A DNA stretch of 63,269 bases, counting the filler, from Candidatus Eiseniibacteriota bacterium (GTDB lineage Bacteria; Orphanbacterota; Orphanbacteria; Orphanbacterales; Orphanbacteraceae): assembly GCA_043809585.1 (NCBI GenBank). It is 5 parts of 5 records of this genome, joined end to end, with 100 filler letters (N's around TTAATTAATTAA, not from the genome) between each part and the next. Parts side by side here need not be neighbours in the genome. Positions count along the whole stretch, not along the records: positions 1 to 28,740 come from JBDROZ010000086.1; positions 28,841 to 38,142 come from JBDROZ010000089.1; 3 more parts are not named here. The stretch is one strand, 5' to 3'. The stretch's first letter is position 1, and each line of letters begins with the position of its first letter. The notes beneath the pieces are model-generated. The model saw only the letters and a program-made list of their open reading frames with translations. It did not search any database and was not told where the DNA came from. Shown piece by piece: positions 28,101-36,534 of the stretch. Both the position numbers and the translations under genes were made by a program.

Positions 28101-28603
28101 AGCTCCTCCCCCACGATCCGCACGTCCTCTACCGGTTCGGCCTCGCCCTCGAGAAGTCGGGGCGGCTCGACGAAGCGGAGGCGCTCCACCGCGGGCTTCC
28201 GGCGGGCCTCGAAGAGGGGAGGAAGGACCTCGCCTCCTTCCTCCGGGCCCTCGACCGGTGGCGCATCCTGATCGCCCTCGAAGAGCGCCCGAACGACGTC
28301 TCGAGGGTGAGGCTCTCGGACGGCACGGTCCGGGACGTCGATCCGTGGGACGCCGGCCTCCGCCTTTTCCTCGGTCTTTCCCTCTTCCAGGAGGGGATGT
28401 TCGACCACGGGTCGCTCCAGTTCCGGCTCGCCACGATTCTGGACGATCGGAACGCCGACGCGCACCTCATGCTCGGCCGCACGCTCGCCCGCCGCGGCCT
28501 CCAGGGCGTGGCGGAACAGGAATTGAAGCGCGCCCTCTCCCTCGCGCCCGAAAGGAGCGAGGAGATCCGCGCCGACCTCCGGTTCGTTCGGGAGGCGCGC
28601 TAG
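25148..28603 (+). CDS. Fused membrane (MFS-like)/spermidine synthase-like SAM-binding protein with C-terminal TPRs
   Basis: LSGAAGLIYQVVW and PTILMGGTLP duplicated TM halves; KKVLVIGFGLGST, VELVP, DDGRNY; TPR-like helices; stop TAG lies in the MITE CTAG. Confidence 0.88.
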   Translation: MKRAVLALLFFLSGAAGLIYQVVWGRYLTLLFGSTTLAVSTVVTSFMAGLGLGSYLFGRYVDRTGRPLRLYAVLEVGIAAAALLFPFILGLLEIPFLRLRWAFSDSRLLFPLARFLLCFVGLLLPTILMGGTLPAITRYFVRDRRTLGRGVGALYAVNTFGAMAGCVAAGFFLIAEIGTEGAVRVGVALNLLAAAGAWVISRTGEGERPAPAGESAPAERAPGPVEGDLPVSPAWILFLFAVAGFTSLAYEVLWTRALLFFLGHFAAYAFATILTTFLFGIAAGSAAYPLLFRKGRNLLLGFALIEIGIGIFGAASIAVFGGLFELIEVFERAFPSGSWWKFILARAGGSFAVVLLPTFLMGVSFPLVSAMYARAGRGYGSTVGNVYAANTAGAILGSLLAGFLLLPLLGQSESIAFVALLNVVLGGVLLSLAAPRGRGRSLALAFALLLAAAGAGNLIGAEMRPMILHTQHFADPNRPVELLYFDEGATASIAVLHDVNLDHLELNINGESTAYTTYTDMQVHLALAHIPLLLVENPKKVLVIGFGLGSTSYGSVVHPSVEEVRCVELVPKEVETAPYFEGVNHGVLDNPKFRLVIDDGRNYVFTTKDTFDFISFNAVHPSHSPALYTVEFYEQCRERLGEEGVICAWVPNNDFSEDQFRSLLRTFTFVFPHSSLWYVNPNHLVLIGTMKELRIPLARFREKAAYGPVREDLERYTMDDPFQLLAYHLMDETALDRYTTGAPINSDVHPTIEFSHELGTRPEILDAMLYHRSSVFPYLVIDGDEEAVRDTLLRYERATFHLVSAQGILWRVARHPEGEDIVALSDVEFREAFRFLPGDRNLGVLSETGDADITKAEKRLRENPEDGEALHKLLRIDSFRGKWESSEKALALFRGKRTLGVALAEAAVRFERGDLEGAERLFAELAGAPSPHIRQRVGLYVEAIRAERRRASTGLSGEEFVVLAERYWSLGERQRAEDAFLDALELLPHDPHVLYRFGLALEKSGRLDEAEALHRGLPAGLEEGRKDLASFLRALDRWRILIALEERPNDVSRVRLSDGTVRDVDPWDAGLRLFLGLSLFQEGMFDHGSLQFRLATILDDRNADAHLMLGRTLARRGLQGVAEQELKRALSLAPERSEEIRADLRFVREAR

Positions 28604-28740
28604 CCTGGATTATGCACAAATCTCCTACTGCGATCTCGGATCGCCGCCTGCGAAGCCTCCTTTCCGTCGCCGCCTCCTCGACGGGGCCCGTGGCGCACTT
28701 TCATCTTCTCGCGACCGCTCGGAGCGAGAAGTGTTAGTGC
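28600..28740. mobile_element. End of multicopy MITE (TIR CCTGGATTATGCA, CTAG target), truncated at contig end
   Basis: Reverse complement of 28841-28980 and 38243-38382 except for one substitution. Confidence 0.85.
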
Positions 28741-28840
28741 NNNNNNNNNNNNNNNNNNNNNNNNNNNNNNNNNNNNNNNNNNNNTTAATTAATTAANNNN
28801 NNNNNNNNNNNNNNNNNNNNNNNNNNNNNNNNNNNNNNNN
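28741..28840. other. Artificial contig spacer
   Basis: N44-TTAATTAATTAA-N44. Confidence 0.99.
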
Positions 28841-28980
28841 CACTAACACTTCTCGCTCCGAGCGGTCGCGAGAAGATGAAAGTGCGCCACGGGCCCCGTC
28901 GAGGAGGCGGCGAAGGAAAGGAGGCTTCGCAGGCGGCGATCCGAGATCGCAGTAGGAGATTTGTGCATAATCCAGGCTAG
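28841..28980. mobile_element. End of multicopy MITE, truncated at contig start
   Basis: Ends TGCATAATCCAGG-CTAG; identical to 38243-38382. Confidence 0.85.
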
Positions 28981-29077
28981 AGGGGGCTAGAGGGGGAACG
29001 GAAGACGGTGGCGTCCCTTTCCGGGGCGGCTTTCGTGGATGGGGCGCGGATCGATCGGACCGGTGGGGCGGGGAAAT

Positions 29078-30586
29078 CTACCCGAGGGAGTCGTCTTCGT
29101 ACTTCTTCTTCAACCGGTCGAGAAGAACATCCATCGGCTCCGACGGGGAAGCCGGCGTTTCTCCGGAGGAGGGGGCGGACGCCTGATCCTTCGCCCGCTT
29201 CTCTTTGTTCCGCTTCCTCTGTTCCGTGACGCGGGCCTTCTCCTCGCTGCGGTGCTGGTCCGCTTCGACCGCTTTCCGGGAGAGGGCGATTCGCCTCTTC
29301 TGCATGTCGATGTCGAGGATCCGCACTTCCACCGTATCGCCGGGCGAGAGCTCTTCCTTCGGATGCTTGATGTGCCGCAGGGAGATTTCGGAGACGTGAA
29401 GAAGGCCGTCGACGCCGGGCGCGATCTCCACGAACGCGCCGAAATCGGTCAGTCGGGCCACCTTGCCCTCCACCAGGCTCCCCGGCTTGAAGGAGGATGC
29501 GGCCGAGGTCCACGGGTCCGGCTCGAGGGCCTTCCGGGAGAGGGAAACGCGGCGGCCCTTTTCCCCTTCGTCGATGGCGATCACGCTGACCTTGATTTCG
29601 TCTCCCGGCGAGAGGACTTTCGAAGGGTCGGCGACGTGGGAGTGGGAGAGCTCGGAAACGTGGAGGAGCCCCTCGACACCGCCGATGTCGACGAACGCGC
29701 CGAAGGGGAGGACCCGGCACACGATTCCGTCGAAAACCTCGCCCTTCGCCAGGCGGGCCTCCGTCTCCTCCGCCTTCAGCTTCCTCTCTTCTTCGAGGAT
29801 GGCCCGGCGGGAGACGACGATGTTCCTGCCTCCGCCGTCGAATCGGGTGATCAGGAAGGGGAGCTTCCGGCCCACGAATTTGTCCGGATTGTCGCAATAG
29901 GCGATGTCGATCTGGGAAAAGGGGCAGAAGGCGCGCCGCCCCGCGACGTACACCTCGAACCCTCCCTTGTTGGTGGCCCGCACCGTCCCCTCCACGGGGA
30001 TCTTCGACTCGTATTTCTTGCGGAGCTGCTCCTTGTCGACGGGGCCCGGCCGCCGGCCGAGGGTGAGCACCACCTGGCCTTCGACGGACTCCACCGTGGC
30101 ATGGATCGTGTCGCCCACGGCGTGGCGCAGCTGGCCCTTCTCGTCCTTGAACTCCCGGGTGGCGATCACACCCTCGCTCCGGCCGCCGTAATCGACGAAG
30201 CTCTCCGGGTCGCCGATCTGCACCAGCTTCCCGGTGACGCGGGCCCCCACGGCGAGGTCTTCGCCGCTCATGGTTTCGGAAAGGCTCTCTTCGAGGCGGG
30301 CTCGGAACTCGGCGCCGCCGGTCTCGGCCGGGGGTTTCGCGGCCCCCTCCTCGCCGGAGGCGGGCTCGGGGGAGTCGTCTTCCGCGTGGGCTTCGCCCTT
30401 CGGGGCCTCCTCTCCGGAAGGCTCGGGAGTGGGGGATGCGCCGGAGGGGGCGGGTTCGTCCGCCGCGGTCTCCCCGGCCGATTCCGGCTCTCCGGGCTCC
30501 ACCGGAAGCTTCTCGGCCTCGGGCTTCCCTTCCTCACGTTCCACGGGATGCGGCGTCTCTTCGGGTGTTTTTTCGTGCGAGTCCAT
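29078..30586 (-). CDS. Ribosomal protein S1-like paralog (about 4 S1 domains, acidic N-terminal extension)
   Basis: S1 repeats (NKGGFEV..AFCPFSQID; FGAFVDIGGVEGLLHVSELS; FGAFVEIAPGVDGLLHVSEIS); ~90 aa E/P/A-rich N-terminus. Confidence 0.88.
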   Translation of the reverse strand: MDSHEKTPEETPHPVEREEGKPEAEKLPVEPGEPESAGETAADEPAPSGASPTPEPSGEEAPKGEAHAEDDSPEPASGEEGAAKPPAETGGAEFRARLEESLSETMSGEDLAVGARVTGKLVQIGDPESFVDYGGRSEGVIATREFKDEKGQLRHAVGDTIHATVESVEGQVVLTLGRRPGPVDKEQLRKKYESKIPVEGTVRATNKGGFEVYVAGRRAFCPFSQIDIAYCDNPDKFVGRKLPFLITRFDGGGRNIVVSRRAILEEERKLKAEETEARLAKGEVFDGIVCRVLPFGAFVDIGGVEGLLHVSELSHSHVADPSKVLSPGDEIKVSVIAIDEGEKGRRVSLSRKALEPDPWTSAASSFKPGSLVEGKVARLTDFGAFVEIAPGVDGLLHVSEISLRHIKHPKEELSPGDTVEVRILDIDMQKRRIALSRKAVEADQHRSEEKARVTEQRKRNKEKRAKDQASAPSSGETPASPSEPMDVLLDRLKKKYEDDSLG

Positions 30587-30689
30587 GGTGTTCCCTTCCG
30601 GCCCTGAATCGTACCAGAAATGAGCGCGGAAGTGTCAACCCGTGTTGATGAAATCTCCGCCGGGGGGGGGCGGTTCGAGTTCCCGGGGA

Positions 30690-32960
30690 TCACCGGATGT
30701 TGGTCACCCTCCGGACTTCCCTCGCCCCCCCGCACTCGACGATCAGGAAATAGACGCCCGACCCGAGTGTTCCCTTTCCGAGGCGGACCGTTCGACTCCC
30801 TTCTTGGATATCGAACGTAGCCGGCCCGAGAACGATTCGCCCCCGGAGGTCGGCCAGTCGAACGCGGACGCGGGCCGGCCGGGCGAGGGCGAGGCGAAGA
30901 TCGAACGCCCCGGTGGAGGGGTGGGGGGCCACGGAAAGGGCGAGAAGGGGGGCTCCACCCCCCGCCGCCGGTTCTTCCAGACCGGTCGCGCCGAAGGTGT
31001 GGGTGTGGGTCGAATCGGTCCAGGGTTCGAAGAGGGCGCGGCCGGGGTCGGCGGCGATGAACGCGGCCACTTCCTCGGCGGTCACGGTCCCCCAGTAATT
31101 GAAGGATCCGTCGACCGGGGAACAGGGCCCGCACGAATCGGCTTCGACCCGGAGGCCTTCGCCCTGAGGAGTCCAGACGAAGTCGTTCGCCCGGTCGAGC
31201 CCGCCCCCGATGGCGACCGTCCGCCCCGGTGTCAATTCGATTTCGACCCCCCGCACCTGGGGACCGAAGCGGTTCGATTCGACCCGTACCGACCCCGAGC
31301 CCGCCGGAATCCGGACCGCCCGCGCGAGGGCGAACGGAAGAAACGTGTTCCCCCGGACCACACACTCCCCCTCCTCCGGCAACGCGAGGAACTCGATCGG
31401 ATAGAGGGAGGAAGGTTCGCGATCGAACGTGAATCCCGCCCCGTCATCCCCGACGCGCGAGCCCGCCCCCCCGGGCCGCACCCGGAGGGCCCGTCCGAGC
31501 GGAGGGGCGAGCCAGAAAGTCTCCTCCGCGCCCGACTCGCTCCGCAAAGTGATTCCGCCGGGGAGGAGAATCGAGGCCTCGTAGGTCCCGGGGGCGACGA
31601 GAATCGTGTCCCCCGGCAGGGCCGCGGCGGCCGCCGCCGCGAGGGTGGGATAAGAAGCGGGGACCCGAAGGGAGAGCGGTCCGACCCCGGGGATCGGCCC
31701 GGTGTAGGCGCCCTCCACGGTCCCCCCCGAGAATAGGCCCCACGAGTCGTGATGGGCGGGGCCCGGGGGGGCCCGGTTGCCGCATTCGCCGATCAGCCAT
31801 CCGGTGACGGGGAAGTCGCCGAGGAACTCGCATCCGTCGTCGCAATAGGTCGGCACGTAGGGTGTCCCGAAGGGGAGAAAGGCCCGGTGCCAAGAAAGTC
31901 CCGGCTCGGAGGAGTAGTCGACTGATTCCGGCTCGGGGAGAAGGATCACCTCCAGCTCCTGCCAGTCGACCCGCCGGCCCCGGGGGGGGACCTCTTCTCC
32001 CGCCCGGCCGCAGCCGGGGACCTCCGCGCCGACCCCATTCCAGAGCCCCGGCGCCGGGTAGACCGCGTGAGAGCCGGGATGGTCCGTTTCGTCTTCCCCG
32101 CAGTCGCTCTCGTCGCAGAAACCGCAGCGCCACGGGCTCGACCCCCCCATCCAGACCACCGGGTGCCGGCCGTCGGCAATCAGGAGGGAGGGGGGATCGC
32201 ACTCGAGGTGGTAGCCGTGAAAGTAGAAGCACGCCCTCCGGAGTTCCGCCTCGCCCGGGTCCGCCGAAGTGACCTGGACGTGGAGATGCTCCCAATCCCC
32301 CTCGTGATTGTTCACCCAGTCGTTGTAGGGGAGGAAGAACCAGTACTGGATCACCGGAAACCCATCTTCCAAGAAGAGATGGACGTAGGCGGCGGCCGGA
32401 AGATCCCCCGCCGCCGGATGATCGGCGCTCCCCCTTTCGAAAAGATCGGCCCACCCTTCCGGGCAGTCGATGCCCGGTCCTCCGTAGTCCGGGTGGAGCC
32501 GGACATAATAGATAGAGTAGGCGGCGCCGGGCGGGGCTCCCACATAGGGGATGGCGTCGTGGTCCCACCCGAATCCGGAGTAGTTGAACTCGGCGTGGCC
32601 GAAGGAGGGGGGTGGGCTCCAGCCTCCGTCGGTGGTCCGGAAGACACCGACAAACCGGCCCGCGCCGTTGTAGACCCTCGCCCAGAGCCGGTCGGCCGTC
32701 AGCCCGTTCTCGCCGCCGAGGATCCTCACGGGGACGGGCTTCATCGAGGACGACTCCCCTTCCGGAAAGACAAGAGTAGGTCGAAACCGTTTCGCGAGAA
32801 GGAGTTCCGCCTGATCATCGATCCCGTTGCCGTCATCGTCGGCCCCCGAAACCAGGGCGGGGACCGCGCAGAGGGCAAGGAGGACAAGGGCGGCCGGAGG
32901 GGAACGGAGTGGCGGGCGCTCGCTCCGGACCGGGTTTCCCAACCGTCCCATTCCTCCCAT
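30690..32960 (-). CDS. Secreted multidomain protein: Vps62-like domain, beta-helix-like region, FlgD/T9SS-like tail (start uncertain)
   Basis: Hydrophobic signal, LAKRFRP, IQYWFFLPYND..HEGDWEH, RVPASYPTL..GDTILVAPGTY, NYWG, tail PHPS..DLRGRIV..SGVYFL. Confidence 0.75.
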   Translation of the reverse strand: MGGMGRLGNPVRSERPPLRSPPAALVLLALCAVPALVSGADDDGNGIDDQAELLLAKRFRPTLVFPEGESSSMKPVPVRILGGENGLTADRLWARVYNGAGRFVGVFRTTDGGWSPPPSFGHAEFNYSGFGWDHDAIPYVGAPPGAAYSIYYVRLHPDYGGPGIDCPEGWADLFERGSADHPAAGDLPAAAYVHLFLEDGFPVIQYWFFLPYNDWVNNHEGDWEHLHVQVTSADPGEAELRRACFYFHGYHLECDPPSLLIADGRHPVVWMGGSSPWRCGFCDESDCGEDETDHPGSHAVYPAPGLWNGVGAEVPGCGRAGEEVPPRGRRVDWQELEVILLPEPESVDYSSEPGLSWHRAFLPFGTPYVPTYCDDGCEFLGDFPVTGWLIGECGNRAPPGPAHHDSWGLFSGGTVEGAYTGPIPGVGPLSLRVPASYPTLAAAAAAALPGDTILVAPGTYEASILLPGGITLRSESGAEETFWLAPPLGRALRVRPGGAGSRVGDDGAGFTFDREPSSLYPIEFLALPEEGECVVRGNTFLPFALARAVRIPAGSGSVRVESNRFGPQVRGVEIELTPGRTVAIGGGLDRANDFVWTPQGEGLRVEADSCGPCSPVDGSFNYWGTVTAEEVAAFIAADPGRALFEPWTDSTHTHTFGATGLEEPAAGGGAPLLALSVAPHPSTGAFDLRLALARPARVRVRLADLRGRIVLGPATFDIQEGSRTVRLGKGTLGSGVYFLIVECGGAREVRRVTNIR

Positions 32961-33321
32961 CCCTCCCGGGCCCCGGTGCTCCTCTCGGCTCCGCCCGTCC
33001 GGAGTCGGCATTCTCGCAGGAATCATGCCCCCGCCGGCCCGGAGGTAGGAGAAAAGACGAGGAGGGTCACCAGTAGCTAACGCATTGTAATGTAGTTGGA
33101 TACGTGCATTTCCCCCGCGGATCCTCCGGCGGCGTTCCTCGCCGGAGAGAGGGCCGCGAAACCGGGTGGAAAACCGGTGGACGCCGAGGGATATCTCGTG
33201 GTCGAGAAGGGGGGGGCTCCGGCAGCCCTCCCCGGGGATCTCGGGGAAGATACGGCGGGCTCGGTGATAGGTGGCCGCCGCCGGCATGATTTATCGAATC
33301 GTCCTTTCGAGGTTTTTTTTA

Positions 33322-33350
33322 TTGACAGGAGTGTCCGGGATCGCCATATT
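33322..33350 (+). promoter_or_regulatory. Sigma-70 promoter
   Basis: TTGACA-N17-CATATT preceded by a T-tract. Confidence 0.65.
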
Positions 33351-33418
33351 GGCGCCCGGCAGGCATGTTGGCAGGTAGAACACGAATCTTCCATATCCTG
33401 GAAGGGGGGTTATTGCAC

Positions 33419-33931
33419 ATGCGTAAGCTCGTTTTCTTGACGGCGATGGTCGCCATGATTACCTCCACGGCCTTTGCGGCCCATCCGGCCGGCTCCTTGG
33501 CCTTGGGTTGGGTGGACTGGAAAGCCCCGATCGGAGTCCGCTATCAGATCGCGGAGAAGATCGCCGGTGACATCGGTTTCGGGTTCGCCAGCTACGATGG
33601 CGGCAACACCGAGATCCGTGTCCACGTCGGTCTTCCGATCGAGCTGATCGGCCACGACCGGTGCTCGCTCGACTTCCGGCCCGGCGTCTCGGTCGACTAC
33701 ACCTCGCCCGAGAACGAGAACGTCGACTCCTGGATGGACTTAGTGCTCCACGGCTGGCTCGCGTTCAACCTGATGATCACCGACAACCTCGGTCTGAACG
33801 CCGCCCACGGCGTCGACATCGAGATCAACGGCGAACAGAAGGCCGGTGATGTGGTTCTGGCCGAGAGCACGACCGATTTCATGACGACCTCCTCGGACGT
33901 CACCAATCTCGGTCTCTTCTTCTGGTTCTAG
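33419..33931 (+). CDS. Small outer-membrane beta-barrel protein
   Basis: Signal peptide MRKLVFLTAMVAMITSTAFA, alternating beta-strands, C-terminus GLFFWF. Confidence 0.8.
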   Translation: MRKLVFLTAMVAMITSTAFAAHPAGSLALGWVDWKAPIGVRYQIAEKIAGDIGFGFASYDGGNTEIRVHVGLPIELIGHDRCSLDFRPGVSVDYTSPENENVDSWMDLVLHGWLAFNLMITDNLGLNAAHGVDIEINGEQKAGDVVLAESTTDFMTTSSDVTNLGLFFWF

Positions 33932-33955
33932 GAAGCGTCTCCGAATCGAGTTCTC

Positions 33956-33987
33956 GATCCCCCGCCCACCCGGGCGGGGGATTTCTT
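33956..33987 (+). terminator. Intrinsic terminator
   Basis: ATCCCCCGCCC-ACCC-GGGCGGGGGAT followed by TTCTT. Confidence 0.7.
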
Positions 33988-34051
33988 GTCCCCCCCCCCC
34001 CCGCCCCGCCGGGCGGTCCGCTTCGAACCGGCGGGTAATCCAAGCACGCAC

Positions 34052-34088
34052 AAAGCGCCCCTCCTCCGGAATGGAGAAGGGGCGCTTT
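34052..34088 (-). terminator. Intrinsic (possibly bidirectional) terminator of the cytochrome operon
   Basis: AAAGCGCCCCT..AGGGGCGCTTT hairpin 14 bp after the stop at 34103. Confidence 0.7.
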
Positions 34089-34102
34089 TCGACAGGCGGT
34101 CG

Positions 34103-35263
34103 TTACCGGCCGATGTACTCGCCCGGGGCCTGGTCTCTCGGGTTCATCTCCTCTTCGTGGCACTCGATGCAGGAGGGCTTCCGGTCGAACCGGCTCTCGA
34201 GATGGCAGTTCTCGCACTCGAACTCGCCGTGCATCTCGTTCAGCCGGAGCCCGGTGACGGCGTGATCGAAATTGTCCCGGTTCCAGCCGCCGTGGCACGC
34301 CTGGCACTGCCGGCTGAGCTTGGAGATCGGCTTCCCCGTGGGGTGGCATGCGCGGCAGCCGAGTTTCTCATGGAACCGGCTGAGCGGCCATCCCGTCAAG
34401 GCGTGGGTGAAGCCCGGCTTCTCCTTCGTGTCGTGGCACTTCATGCAGTCGTCGTCGCCGTGGCAGCTGTTGCACACGGCGTGGACGATCTTCATGCGCT
34501 CCGGATCGTCGGTGGCCGTCGTCTCGAGCGTCGGCTTGTTCAGGTCGTGGCAGCGTCCGCAGTTCTCGTCCTTGTGGCAGGTGGCGCAGGAGAGTCCGTA
34601 CAGCTGGACATGGTCCTCGTGATGGAAGGTGACCACCGGCCCGTTCTTGTAGGGCGTGTCGTAGATCCTCTTGTCCGGGACCTGGATCTTCGGGTGGGCC
34701 ACGCCGAGGATGTCGGTGGTGTCCATGGCCGCGGCGATCATCTTCCCCTCCGCGGGCAGATGGCAAATGACGCACTTGGTCTCGTGGCTCCACTCGCGGT
34801 GGCACGAGAGACACTGCCGGTGGTAGGCGCCCTTGAGACCGGGCTGCCGGAGGTTGTTCGGGTTCGCTTCGCCGCCGTGGCACTCCCGGCAGGGGGGAAT
34901 GTCATTCACCGGGCTGTAGTGATGGCAGGTGCCGCACTTCAGCCCCATCTCCGCCATGCCGGCATGGGCCTTGTGGTCGAAGCGGACCGGCTCGTAAAGG
35001 TCGGCCAGATCGTCGAGCATGATCGAACCGGGCGCCTCGGAGAGCTCGTGCTTCCCCTGGACATCGGACGCGGTCATGGTGGGGCACGGCTTCAGGCAAC
35101 GTTCGTCCCCGGTGGGGCGCTCGCAATAATGGCACTGAGCGCAGTCGATCCTGCTCATGATGTCGTGGGCGCCCCCTTGGGCACGGGCCGGGGAAGGGCC
35201 CCCGAGGATGAGCAAGGCGGACATGATCATCGCCGTCCCGGCGGCCGACTTCTTGAGCGTCAT
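34103..35263 (-). CDS. Periplasmic multiheme cytochrome c (class III/HmcA-like), 13 CxxCH motifs
   Basis: Signal peptide from MTLKKS; CAQCH, CGTCH, CRECH, CLSCH, CVICH, CATCH, CGRCH, CNSCH, CMKCH, CRACH, CQACH, CENCH, CIECH; c3-type VRFDHKAH and GLKGAYHRQC. Confidence 0.92.
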   Translation of the reverse strand: MTLKKSAAGTAMIMSALLILGGPSPARAQGGAHDIMSRIDCAQCHYCERPTGDERCLKPCPTMTASDVQGKHELSEAPGSIMLDDLADLYEPVRFDHKAHAGMAEMGLKCGTCHHYSPVNDIPPCRECHGGEANPNNLRQPGLKGAYHRQCLSCHREWSHETKCVICHLPAEGKMIAAAMDTTDILGVAHPKIQVPDKRIYDTPYKNGPVVTFHHEDHVQLYGLSCATCHKDENCGRCHDLNKPTLETTATDDPERMKIVHAVCNSCHGDDDCMKCHDTKEKPGFTHALTGWPLSRFHEKLGCRACHPTGKPISKLSRQCQACHGGWNRDNFDHAVTGLRLNEMHGEFECENCHLESRFDRKPSCIECHEEEMNPRDQAPGEYIGR

Positions 35264-35274
35264 CCTCTCTCTCC

Positions 35275-36534
35275 TTACCCGCCGATGTACTTGCGGGTGT
35301 GGGTGTCGTAAGCGACGTAGTCGCTCTCTTCTCTTCTCTCTCCCGCGATGACGGGGAAGATCATCACCATCGCCCGGTAGACGAGAACCAGGGTGGCGAT
35401 GAGGCCGACCGTCACGGCGATCTCGAAGAACGAGGGGAAGTAAGGCTTGTCCGCGTAGAGCGGCTTGTAGGCGGTCAGGAACACGTTGATCCGGTTGAAC
35501 GCCACTCCGAAAATCACCAGGCTCGCCCCGATGAAGAGGCCCGGAATGGTCTTCCGGAAGCGGGGGATCGAGAGGATCAAGAGGGGGGCCACCACGCCGA
35601 GGAGCATCTCGGCGATCCATGCCCACGATTGGGGGGTGAAGGCCGTGACGTAAGGCCACGCCTCGCGGAGGGTGATATCGCCGAGTTTCAGGGCGAGATA
35701 GACGGCGAGAAGGGCCGGCGTGTAGCGGGCCACCGACGAGAGCACTTTCGTTTCCGGCTTCAGCCGGAACGATCGGGAGGCCAGAATCGACTCGAAGATC
35801 ACCATCGGAAAACCGACGGCGATCGCGGAGAGAAGGAAGAGGAGCGGCGAGATCGACGTGTACCAGAGAGGGTGCATCTTCGTCGGCGCGATGATCATGA
35901 GCGTTCCGAGGGAAGACTGGTGGAGACAGGAGAGGACCACGCCGGCGATGATGAAGAGCCAGGTCACGCGGCCGAGGGTCTTGTCGGCAATGTCGAGGAA
36001 CCCCTCGAAGAAGCCGTTCAGCCCCGAGAGCCCGCCCGGCAGTTTCACCCGGCCCTTGAAGCGCTCCACAACGATGGGCAGGAACTCGATGTAGAGGACC
36101 GTGAGGTAGATCATGACGCACATGCCCACCTCGAAGAGGACCGAATTCCCCTGCCACATGCTCGGAAGCAACGGGTGCCAGACGTTGTAGTAGCGGCCGA
36201 GGTCGGCGAGAAGGCCGATCACGACGAAAGTGTATCCCAGCATCGCCGTGAGGAGGGCGGGCCGCACGATGACGTGGTATTTGTCCCGGTGGAAGACTTC
36301 GGCGAGCGCCGCGGTGGTGAAACCGCCCGCCGCGAGGGCGACGCCGGACGCCACGTCGATGGCGATCCAGATCCCCCACGGGTACTGGTCGGTCAGGTTG
36401 GTCACCGCGCCGAGGCCCGCGATCATCCGGTAGAGATACGATCCGATACCGACCAGGGCGATCACGACGAGAACCATGGTGCCTCGAGAGAAGTACGGTG
36501 TCTGGATTGGTGCGGGGCGTTCGTGGCTACTCAT
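35275..36534 (-). CDS. NrfD/HybB/HmcC family integral membrane subunit
   Basis: YPWGIWIAIDV..GVALAAGGF, DLGRY, SVLFEVGMC, LSCLHQSSLG, KMHPLW. Confidence 0.92.
   Translation of the reverse strand: MSSHERPAPIQTPYFSRGTMVLVVIALVGIGSYLYRMIAGLGAVTNLTDQYPWGIWIAIDVASGVALAAGGFTTAALAEVFHRDKYHVIVRPALLTAMLGYTFVVIGLLADLGRYYNVWHPLLPSMWQGNSVLFEVGMCVMIYLTVLYIEFLPIVVERFKGRVKLPGGLSGLNGFFEGFLDIADKTLGRVTWLFIIAGVVLSCLHQSSLGTLMIIAPTKMHPLWYTSISPLLFLLSAIAVGFPMVIFESILASRSFRLKPETKVLSSVARYTPALLAVYLALKLGDITLREAWPYVTAFTPQSWAWIAEMLLGVVAPLLILSIPRFRKTIPGLFIGASLVIFGVAFNRINVFLTAYKPLYADKPYFPSFFEIAVTVGLIATLVLVYRAMVMIFPVIAGERREESDYVAYDTHTRKYIGG

Noticed and set aside
28741-28840. TTAATTAATTAA inside N-runs (four times) and the apparent giant palindrome 28600-28980
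   Set aside because: Artificial spacer; the palindrome arises from joining two contigs that end in the same repeat, so adjacency across gaps carries no information.
34103-36379. 758-aa ORF suggesting a large cytochrome fusion
   Set aside because: The N-terminal half is an off-frame read of the NrfD gene; the real start is ATG 35263 with a signal peptide.
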